A DNA stretch of 63,819 nt, counting the filler, from Pelomyxa schiedti (Eukaryota; Protista; Evosea), in the NCBI GenBank assembly GCA_020536535.1. It is 15 parts of 15 records of this genome, joined end to end, with 100 filler letters (N's around TTAATTAATTAA, not from the genome) between each part and the next. Parts side by side here need not be neighbours in the genome. Positions count along the whole stretch, not along the records: positions 13,034 to 14,488 come from JAHLWZ010002494.1; positions 14,589 to 19,612 come from JAHLWZ010001532.1; positions 19,713 to 39,191 come from JAHLWZ010000709.1; 12 more parts are not named here. The stretch is one strand, 5' to 3'. A program made the position numbers and the translations under genes. A model generated the notes under the pieces. The model searched no databases and was not told where the DNA came from. It was given only the letters and a program-made list of their open reading frames with translations. Position 1 is the first letter of the stretch; every line of letters starts with the position of its first letter. Of this stretch, positions 14,176 through 23,380 are shown one piece after another.

Positions 14176-15190
14176 GGGCGTGGCTGTGTGTGTTCCCGCT
14201 GCGATCTGTTGGCCTGGGTGTATTGCTATCAAAAAAGCAGATTACCATCAAAAGATCTACAAACACAAATAGAGCCCTCAACAGGGATTCTTCGATAGCA
14301 CTCCCGCGTACCTCGTGTGTCCTCAAACCGGTTTTTTTTTAATCTCTCTGGCTGTGGAGAAATTCCTGTGGTGTCAGACGTCAAGCAGGCGGAACTTATC
14401 AGAGAATCTGATTCGAGCAAGGGACAGAGCGGAAACAACATCCCACAATACAATGGTATCTGTGGTGCCAGTCACTTCCGGTTCCTCGNNNNNNNNNNNN
14501 NNNNNNNNNNNNNNNNNNNNNNNNNNNNNNNNTTAATTAATTAANNNNNNNNNNNNNNNNNNNNNNNNNNNNNNNNNNNNNNNNNNNNCTCCAACAGCAA
14601 CCCCGTGACAGATCAGTGTCCTCCCCCAACCTCACCTCCCTTTGACACCAACCAATGTAAACAAAAAAAAGATTCTGTGCCATAAAACATCTGCCCACTG
14701 ACAGCTTCTTGATTTCGTCGGGCCTCTTCCTTCAGCGTCATCATCGTCACCATCATCGCTTCAACGTCGACGGCCAACACGCGCCAGCAAAGTCGTGAGC
14801 GTCTAGCCGACGGCGTCGGGTTCGAGGCCACATACGATGACCGACCAGGTCCTCGCACTTGTGATTGGGAAGCACCCTCGTTGGCGCCGGCTGCCCGCTG
14901 ATGTGTGTGTCTGCCGAACTCAGTTATGGGACCATGGTTGTGGCGGCGGATATGGCAGCATCTGGTTCCCCCGTGGTCACCCTTCAACTGTGAAAAGAAA
15001 ACAACAATACAGCAACAACGATAAACAGGGCTCAGATATCCCACACTTTCCAGGGACAATTACCAGTCACCACACAACAGGTAATTTTAGTTACCCTTGT
15101 GTGGGCTTTTTTGTAATTTTTTACCCGAAGTCCTTGCAATCTACAACACAGTGCAACAACACAGTGCAACAACCAACGACAATTTGCAAT

Positions 15191-16492
15191 ATGCAAGAAA
15201 ATAACACCATTCCCCAACAGCAGCCTACACTAATAACGAGGACCCAGATCCGCATCACCTGCCAGGACCAGTTCGCGGCGCTCCTCGCGTCGTCGCACCC
15301 CCGGTGCGGCGCTGCCAGCCCCGCCCGGCACCTCGCGGCCGTCTCCCCGCTCATGCGCCACCTGTGGGCCGCCGCAGTCGTCGCCCCGGCCCGCTGGTTC
15401 GTCCTGGCACCCGTCCGTTTCTCCGAGGCGTCTTGGTGCGTCGCGCTCGCCGTGTCCCCCGCGACCCTCGGCGTGCTCCGCGGCCCACAGGCGACGCCGT
15501 CCCACCCGCTGTCGATGTGGCTGGGGCCCAGGGCGTGCCTGGCGCTCGAGAGGGGGGCCGGGCCCGAGGTGCAGTCGATGGCGCTGGTGCCCGCACCCCG
15601 CCTGGCTGTCCCGGGAATGCCACAGAGATCTGCTGTGCCAGACCCACAAGGGAAGTGGGTGCGTTTCCCTCGGGGGGACGACAATTTCGTGCCACCAGGT
15701 GGACGTGGTGTGAGGTACACAATGTTGTTGGATGCAAATTACAAGTGGGTGGTGGACTGCTTTGGGTACCTGGGGACTCTTTCCATCACGAAACTGCTGC
15801 ATCATGATGCACCAGGTGGGACGTCAGCCGAAGGGGGAGTTGGTGTGGTGGCTGGAACAACTGTTGCTGTTCAGTTGCCGACTTGGTTTCCAGGGCTTGG
15901 CAGGGCGGTGCTCAACAAGGTGGACCCTGATGAGGCATTGTTGCAGAGTTACTCGAATGGCGACTGTACTGCCTACTTCATCCTCGTGGATGTGCCACTT
16001 TCGCACAGCACCCAGATCCTCCAAGTTCTCAGTGTCACCAAGTTGAACTTTCCAGAGGGACTGAACTCTGTGTGTGCTCCACTGATTCTGAGGAAAAGCA
16101 ATGGTGATCCTGTGTTTGTAATTCCCACCAAGAGAAATGAAATCAATCTCGTCGAAGCTTCCACAGGAGTCAAATCTCTCCTTTCCTCAGACTGCTTTTG
16201 GCCGTGCCTCTCACAAGTGAGTGCCTCTGTCTTCTGCACATGGCACGGCAGCACCAAGTCCTGCACCATGTGGGACTGCAACAACAGTGCTCAACCTCTG
16301 TGGACCGTGAGAAGTACCTCCGAGGGGCTTTGCCTGAAGCACGTTGTTGGGGGCTCTGGGTTCTTGTTTGCAGTTGGTGACGATAAGATAGAGGTGATGG
16401 ACGCACTCTCTGGTTCTGTTCTCCTGTCAATTGAACCCTCATTCGGCACACACATGATCCATCCAGGTAGTTCTCTGTTGTGGGGAGAATAA
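15191..16492 (+). CDS. Lineage-expanded intronless DQF-family protein A (putative adaptor plus beta-rich domain)
   Basis: DQFAALLASSHPRCGAASPARHL...AVSPATLG...ANYKWVV...EVMDALSGSVLLSI. Start ATG inferred; the ORF is open from 14837. Confidence 0.75.
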   Translation: MQENNTIPQQQPTLITRTQIRITCQDQFAALLASSHPRCGAASPARHLAAVSPLMRHLWAAAVVAPARWFVLAPVRFSEASWCVALAVSPATLGVLRGPQATPSHPLSMWLGPRACLALERGAGPEVQSMALVPAPRLAVPGMPQRSAVPDPQGKWVRFPRGDDNFVPPGGRGVRYTMLLDANYKWVVDCFGYLGTLSITKLLHHDAPGGTSAEGGVGVVAGTTVAVQLPTWFPGLGRAVLNKVDPDEALLQSYSNGDCTAYFILVDVPLSHSTQILQVLSVTKLNFPEGLNSVCAPLILRKSNGDPVFVIPTKRNEINLVEASTGVKSLLSSDCFWPCLSQVSASVFCTWHGSTKSCTMWDCNNSAQPLWTVRSTSEGLCLKHVVGGSGFLFAVGDDKIEVMDALSGSVLLSIEPSFGTHMIHPGSSLLWGE

Positions 16493-16642
16493 AGAGAGTT
16501 CTTTGGGAGTCCCACGGAGAAACTTGATTACCAGTAATAAATAGTTGTCTAAATTGGCACAAGATTGCCGTAACAACGGTGCCAGAAATCAAAATTTATG
16601 TTTTGTGCCGCGGGGCGGTTGCCGCGGCGCCGCGGGGGCAGG

Positions 16643-16822
16643 GGTGAGGAGGAGCAAGCGGTACTCTCCCATTTGCTTTTTGTTGTCTTCTTCGCCACAA
16701 CTGTTCTGTTTGCTTTGTTTATTATTTTATTTATCGGAGTGGTGTTTTTGATTTTATTATTAAAATACAAATTAAATTTGATTTATTTTAAATAATTATA
16801 ATGTATTAACCATTATTATTAA
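16643..16822. repeat. Intergenic module, copy 1
   Basis: 180 nt matching 19434-19612 with one substitution and one 1-nt indel. A further shared 24-mer lies at 16598 and 19271. Confidence 0.9.
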
Positions 16823-17362
16823 AATATATATAATAATAAATTAAATTTAATGGTTATATATGCGTATTAATTACGCCTCCAGTTCTTTTTTCCATTCGAC
16901 CTGTATTAGAAGTCTCCGCACAACACCAGTTTTTACGCCGCTTTCAACCAGTATGTGGCTTCTTCTTTCTTCGTTTTCTCACGTAGGATAACTTAGGTGC
17001 CGGACGTGGTGTCTGTCATCCCAGCTGGCTAGGTAACTTCCTTCTGTATTTTATTATACTGGCGCGGTGGTATGTATCTTTTTTTTTTACAGCTGCGCCA
17101 GCTGCCGAGATGGCAACCGCCAACGCTCATCCCTCCCCCCTCGTCACCCCACTCAACGTACTAGGTACCAGAATGGGCACCAGGCCGAATTCACTCACCT
17201 CACACCTCTATGTACAAGCCTGAAGTCGAAATCGACTTACAAAAACGAGAAGGGCGGCTGTTTTGGTGTTTGGTCGTTGCGCCTTGTGACTTCGAAGTCA
17301 CTGCCTATTCCCGTAACAGCGGCCCAAAATTCTTCTCTCAAATGATAAGGCGGGCGTTTAGC

Positions 17363-19096
17363 ATGTCGGTGTTCCGTTTTAATGTGATGCCAGTCAGTGC
17401 CGCAGACCAATTCGTCGCACTGGCATGTGCATTTCTTCCCACTAACAACCACCTTTCTTCTTCTTTTTCACCAACCGCATCCACAGCCAGAACAACAACA
17501 GCAACAGCAACAGCAACAGCATCCGGAACAACAGCGACAACAGCAACAGCAACAGCAACACCAGATAAACCAAGGGGCATCCTGGGACGAGTTGCGGCCT
17601 TGTGCTCTCATTCTGGTGGTGGTAGCGGCTCTACTACATCTAGTGTCACTACAACAACAAGTGCAAGTGCAAGTGTCGGCGGCTCAGTTTCTAAATCGTC
17701 ATCAGCATCATGTTCTAATAATAAGAGTTGTGCGGGGTTATGCTGCATTGGAATGTTGCCACAATGGGTTGCGGTGGAGTGCATTGGAAAGAGGTGGGTG
17801 CTGGCCACTGAGAGGGTGGCGGTTGCTACATTCCCACTTGATCCTGCAAATACATTGCAGGACATTAATATTATCTTCAGCCTGTCACACACACTGGGCC
17901 TTGTGCAACAGCCCACTTCTGTGCGGCACCCGGGGTGTTACGGTGAGTGCATCGGGTGGGTAAGGCCAGACAGGGTAGTGATGTGCAGTGATTATCACAG
18001 TCCCCTGTACACGGTCTCCATTGAGGACCCCTTCTCTCACCCAGTTCAAGAGCTGATGACAAGGTGCAAGAAAGTGCCACTGGGAGTGTGCAACAGGAGG
18101 TGGATTGTGATGTCACCTTCAGGGCATTCCCGCACTTTGCTCAGAGTTTGGAGGGTTCTGGATGGTGGTAGGGGCTCAGCGTCACCTGAGTGCGTGGCTG
18201 TGCAGTGTGAGGCCCTGACTGGGCTGAAGTCAATGAAGTTCTTCAGCTCCATAAGTGAGTACGATTATGAGTCTGACACTCTGGAAGTTATTGTGAGGAG
18301 GGATGAAGGTTCAAATGTGTTCCTTTGCGTGATGCACCTGGAATTGAATTCCGCTGTGACAGGAAAGCTTGAGCCAACTGTGATCACAGAGTGCAATCTG
18401 TCAAGGGCAGGGGTCACTCCTGACCATCTGTTCCTCAGCCCACTCTTTGACAGAGCAGAAGGGAAGTATTACATCCCATTCAAAGATGGAGAAGCCCAGA
18501 AGCTGTTGGACATGAGCAACGGGAAGATTGCCACATTCCTGCCAGACAGCAGGGGACTGCAGGTGAAGGCAGTTGATGAGTCTCACTTGATCAGAATTGA
18601 TTCTGAGCGCACCTGGGTTTATTCCTTGTCATCACTCTGGAAAGCTACTGCCAATCCTGATCCATCCATTTCGGCACTGGAACAGGTTCCCAGCAAGAAG
18701 GAGGGTTTTCTCAAACAGCACAAGGAGCCAAAGAAGAGGTTCAACAACGTACATAACGTTGTTAAACCGTGTATAACACACCCACACCCACCTCGAGCCC
18801 AATCAGTTGTTGCCGGGTGTGGCCTCTTGGTATTCAGTTCTATTACCGTACCACCACCACTGGACACCTACGAGGTGTTGGAACATCCACCCTCACACAC
18901 TCCCTTCCCTCACTCCCGTGAAGCAGGGTTCAACCTACAGTACAGCAGCACAGAACCAAGAATGATCACATCAACACATGTATTTGTTGATGCACTGTCA
19001 GGTGCCCCCCTGTTCACCATCAGGTTTCCACTTGGAGTATTCCCACATTCCATTACCCCAGTTCCATTCAAAACCCCTGTGGTACTGTGGGACTGA
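17363..19096 (+). CDS. Lineage-expanded intronless DQF-family protein B
   Basis: ADQFVALACAF...poly-T/S insert...FSLSHTLGLV...CNRRWIV...FVDALSGAPLFTI. Single ORF; start ATG inferred. Confidence 0.75.
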   Translation: MSVFRFNVMPVSAADQFVALACAFLPTNNHLSSSFSPTASTARTTTATATATASGTTATTATATATPDKPRGILGRVAALCSHSGGGSGSTTSSVTTTTSASASVGGSVSKSSSASCSNNKSCAGLCCIGMLPQWVAVECIGKRWVLATERVAVATFPLDPANTLQDINIIFSLSHTLGLVQQPTSVRHPGCYGECIGWVRPDRVVMCSDYHSPLYTVSIEDPFSHPVQELMTRCKKVPLGVCNRRWIVMSPSGHSRTLLRVWRVLDGGRGSASPECVAVQCEALTGLKSMKFFSSISEYDYESDTLEVIVRRDEGSNVFLCVMHLELNSAVTGKLEPTVITECNLSRAGVTPDHLFLSPLFDRAEGKYYIPFKDGEAQKLLDMSNGKIATFLPDSRGLQVKAVDESHLIRIDSERTWVYSLSSLWKATANPDPSISALEQVPSKKEGFLKQHKEPKKRFNNVHNVVKPCITHPHPPRAQSVVAGCGLLVFSSITVPPPLDTYEVLEHPPSHTPFPHSREAGFNLQYSSTEPRMITSTHVFVDALSGAPLFTIRFPLGVFPHSITPVPFKTPVVLWD

Positions 19097-19433
19097 GGGA
19101 AAATTATCGTTGGACAGTGTCTATGTACGTATTTACTCCCTTTGCACTGCCGCTCGTTGGCACGCAAAGAACCCCGAAAAAATACACCGGGGGGCGAGTC
19201 AAATGAGAAAAACAGAATTTTTTAGTGAGCAAGGCAGGGTGAAGCGGCCCGATCTTGCCGGGATTTGTTGATGTTTTGTGCCGCGGGGCGGTTGGCGCGG
19301 CGTGTGTGTTCGTCGAATCGGGTCTCGCCGCGGCTGCGCGGCACTGACATAAATGGGTTTTGGCGATTGTTCAGTGGCTTGTGTCTTTTCATTATCACAC
19401 AAGAAATCGACGAGGGGAGGCCATGCCGCCAGT

Positions 19434-19612
19434 GGTGAGGAGGAGCAAGCGGTACTCTCCCATTTGCTTTTTGTTGTCTTCTTCGCCGCAACTGTTCTGT
19501 TTGCTTGTTTATTATTTTATTTATCGGAGTGGTGTTTTTGATTTTATTATTAAAATACAAATTAAATTTGATTTATTTTAAATAATTATAATGTATTAAC
19601 CATTATTATTAA
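19434..19612. repeat. Intergenic module, copy 2 (contig breaks inside it)
   Basis: Near-identical to 16643-16822. Confidence 0.9.
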
Positions 19613-19712
19613 NNNNNNNNNNNNNNNNNNNNNNNNNNNNNNNNNNNNNNNNNNNNTTAATTAATTAANNNNNNNNNNNNNNNNNNNNNNNNNNNNNNNN
19701 NNNNNNNNNNNN

Positions 19713-20469
19713 GGGAGAGTTAACAGAGACTTACAAAATGGTGTGACACCAAACTGATGGTAAGTGCTGATTTTCCAACGGCACCCGGTCCCAACACCAC
19801 TATTTTGAATACTTGTTGTCCGTTGGCAGTGTCAGGATCTACAGTCGCAGACGCGGTTTTACTCTGTAGCGTGGGGAAAAAAACCAGTCAGTGTGTTGTC
19901 GGGAAACAGTGGCGCGCAAAGGTGACCTTCTTCGGCATTGCTAGTATTATAATTTAAGATCCGCACGTGACGACGTCGGTATGTGCTGCCGGTGTTGATG
20001 TTACTTTTTTTTTTTTTATTATCTTAGGTTTGAACGCCGTTCAAACTCGGCCTTTTTTTGGAATTGAGTTTCACGCTAATCATACCCGAGTCAAAGCACA
20101 CTTCGCCGAACAAGGAAGCCACAGCAGAAACTAAAAAAGCCAGGAAAGCACCTTCGTGATAAGTTGATAAGGACTGTTGCAGTCCAACAACAAGCACCAC
20201 GTCATGATTCGCGGGGGCTGGGGGTGACCGCTCCCATAATTCGGCGTTGGGTGGAGTGTTACTACATTGCGCTGAAGGATGACGAATGGCTGTGGTTGTT
20301 GGTGTTGGCGTTGATGTGGAGGGTCACGAACACGTCCTTCGCACGTGATATGGTGAAGTCATCGGGGTTCGAGTCCAGGTACTCGTCCATGGCTGCGGCC
20401 ACGTCGTGCGCAAGTGTCGGGGTGATTGCGGATTGTGGGTGCAATTGCGACGTCTGGAATTGTGATTGA
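19713..20469. repeat. Variant copy of 35258-36029 (Ras 5' exons plus adenylate cyclase C-terminus); probable alternative haplotype
   Basis: Colinear match with scattered SNPs and 10-nt and 6-nt indels. Both copies end at the same base before a gap. Confidence 0.85.
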
Positions 20470-20569
20470 NNNNNNNNNNNNNNNNNNNNNNNNNNNNNNN
20501 NNNNNNNNNNNNNNNNNNNNNNNNNNNNNNNNNNNNNNNNNNNNNNNNNNNNNNNNNNNNNNNNNNNNN
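20470..20569. other. 100-N scaffold gap (first of 6)
   Basis: Pure 100-N gaps at 20470, 32006, 36030, 43700, 45845 and 56040. Four have ~120-nt duplicated flanks (e.g. 43580-43699 = 43800-43919), consistent with assembler k-mer overlaps. Confidence 0.95.
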
Positions 20570-20875
20570 CACCCAATAACACACACCACCCAGATCATGG
20601 GAATGGCCCAATTGGGCACTCAGTGCGAAGACAACATCGACCTCACAGGTTGGCACATGATTCTGAACCACTACGGTCCCACAATTGACGCCGCTCTGAT
20701 TCGCAAGCACTTGATGCCACTCGTGTCTCGTTCACCACACGTTGCAATCCACACCATCAACTCCTTTGGACTCACGTTCGACGAGTTCCGTGATTACGTA
20801 ACAACACGATTGGCCAGCAACGAACCCTTTGAACCCACAGTAACGGCTTGGCTTGGTTTTTCTGAAGAAGAGTGA
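20570..20875 (+). CDS. C-terminal fragment of an ankyrin-like helical-repeat family protein
   Basis: WHMILNHYGPTIDAALIRKHLMPLVSRSPHVAIHTINSFGLTFDEF parallels LMMLLEVFPGITATNIKEKLLALVCQSPVAVQFTLRHFPEVTIEDI at the end of 59202-61292. Confidence 0.55.
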   Translation, partial: HPITHTTQIMGMAQLGTQCEDNIDLTGWHMILNHYGPTIDAALIRKHLMPLVSRSPHVAIHTINSFGLTFDEFRDYVTTRLASNEPFEPTVTAWLGFSEEE

Positions 20876-20924
20876 AAGCAAAAAGGAAAAAAACCAACCT
20901 CTGTTCTTTTTCTTTTCTTTTCTA

Positions 20925-23196
20925 TCAGTGGCCTTTGGGCTTGAAGGGCCTCTTGTGTCTGCGGTTCTTCTGGAGTTTCTGCTGCCTTTCGGCTTCGCGC
21001 TGTTCTTCTTTGGCTCTGGCTTTGGCTTTCTTTGCGGATATTGGTGTCGAAGGGAGCGGGGGGAGTGTCTGCGGCCCCGCGGGTTGCGTTTGCTGAGTTG
21101 TGCGTCCAAACATGTTGTTGAACAGGTTGGGATTCTCCCAGCACTCGGGCCGGACCACCGGCGCCATGAAATTGGCCAACCGCGTGTGAATGTCGTATCT
21201 TATTATTGGTGTTATTTGGTTTCCTATGCAATTTGGGATGTAACCTTATTCTTCGGTGTATGGCACTGAGTTCAAGTTTCTTTTCCCGTTGTTTATCTTG
21301 AACCAAGCGTAACATATCCAGACCTGCCTTGGACATAAATGGAAAGAATGATTCTTAGGATTGGTCATTACCTTCTTCCGGCAGTGAAGAATTGTCACTT
21401 AGGTCATGGAACAGGAATGGATACCAGTCATTATCATCAAACATCTCCGGTTCGAATTTATCTTTTCCTACTGGGGCTTCCTGAAGTTATATTAATTGAT
21501 TTGGACAGGAACAAGTAACAATCCACACCACAACGAGTTGCCCTGGCTGTAAAGGACCTTTCTCTACTTTTGGAGCTTTAGGCGCGCCTATGGCACGTGC
21601 ACGGGTGCGATTGACTTGCGTGCGTTTCAACAGGCCAGTTTTGTTCTCACATACGGATTTGATGTGCTCAACTAGCCCCTGTGGTCAGGTAAGAGGAATA
21701 CAGGATCTTTTTTTCCTTTTTCTACCAAATTAATAGCAGTAAACTGTTTTGACACATCTGCAACTTTGGTTCTAGCCTCCCATTTTCCAATGACAGCCCA
21801 CTTCCATTCATCAAACCTTTTTGTGAGTCAAGGTCAATATACTTTATTTGATTTGGAGTTACGCTTTTTGTCGAGATTCCATATCTGCCCACAACTCATC
21901 CAAAGAGGTAGTGGCAGCCCGTTTTCTTACTACTAATCCGTCGCCTACACTCCTTAATGGAAATAAATTGAGCAGAAAGAATACCTGTGCGCATGTCTGG
22001 AATTCGCGAATACAGACTCTAAGTATATTATTTAAGAGGAACAAATAATAATATAATATATAATATAATATATTATTATATAATTATATATATAATATAT
22101 AATAATAAGAAAACCTCAGAAATATCATTTAGATTGTCCAACAAGGATGAGACAGAAGAAATGGCAGACTCATAGCCACTGGAATTGATTTGCCGAAATC
22201 GTGGTTGTTGTTCTGGCTGACGTATGTCAGCGCGGAGTGAAACAACTGGTGTTATACCAAAGGAAGGCTATTTGCCATAATTACAAGAGGTTGAAGTCTA
22301 ATTCGTAAATCTAGAAACTTGTCCCACAGTTGCTGCAACAGATTAGCAATTTCTTAGTTTCTTATAATTGGACATACTCTCTGATGTTTGACATGTTGTC
22401 CTCGCTCCATTTCTGCGTCAAAAGATTGTTGATGAAGAAGGGTGAGCCTGAACTTGCAATGAGTAAACGGAGAGGGAAAGTGTGGTGCATACCCGCCATC
22501 AGGTTGTGGAGTTAAGTCAACAGGAATCTCCTCGGTTTCTGGGGTTTCTTCGTCGGAATTGTCGGAATTGTCTGAACTCTCTGAACTCTGAGCTTCGTCC
22601 TTCTCGCTACGCTGAGGTTTTCCCTTTGACAAGAACTTCACCACGTCAGAGATGTACTTATTCTCCTCCTTTTCGTTATCACTTTCTTCTTCCTCTCCGT
22701 CACTGCCTTCTTCGTCGTCATCGTCAGCGCCTTCGTTGTCATCAACCACGATAGTGGCCTCCTCCTCACTTGAGGAATCCCCTGCTGCCACATCCCCAAC
22801 GCCCCCAAGCCCATCCAAGAAGGCTTCTTTGGAGGACACCACTTTCCCTCTCAGACCTGGATCCATTGTGGGTTCTGCAGCTGCCCTTCTCAGTTTCGCC
22901 GCTGGACTCCGGTGCGATTCCACAACTTCCTTGGCTGAATCCCGCATGACCTTCATGATGTCGTTTCCGTCGTCGTCCTCCACATCTAAAAAATGTGCGG
23001 TTCGTTACATTCAAAACTCAACAAAAGTGGAATAGCAACAACCTCCAGAGTCGTGCAAAGACTTGGCGGTGATTTCTTCGGCAGCCCTTCTCAACGCGTT
23101 AACAGGCACGTCATCGCCACCCCTCGCTCCTGGTCCGGTACTGGTTCCCCTTTGTTTTCTCCTATCGGCACCGCTCGTTCTCGCGCGTGCCTTCAT
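20925..23196 (-). CDS. AATF: AATF/Bfr2 SSU-processome factor, multi-exon
   Basis: Acidic N-terminal region; RGQHVKHQR/LWDKFLDLRIRLQPLVIMANSLP (AATF KGRAVKNQIALWD..RIKLQ..NQLP); EMFDDNDWY; RYDIHTRLANFMAP...LFNNMFG (TRAUB domain). Confidence 0.88.
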
Positions 23197-23380
23197 TTCC
23201 GTACGTACTGAATATAAATTGTGATTATTCGAGATCTTGGAAAAAACAAACACCGGAGTTTGCCCCGCTCACCTGTCATCCGACAAACAAACACGGTTCC
23301 TTTGACACCACTGCCCTGCCAATCTGCCAAAAGAGCTGAAGAACGAATGAAGCTTCAGTGGAACTCAGAAAACAAAAAAA

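Noticed and set aside
22045-22108. Pure AT low-complexity tract
   Set aside because: Lies inside an AATF intron; ordinary slippage repeat.
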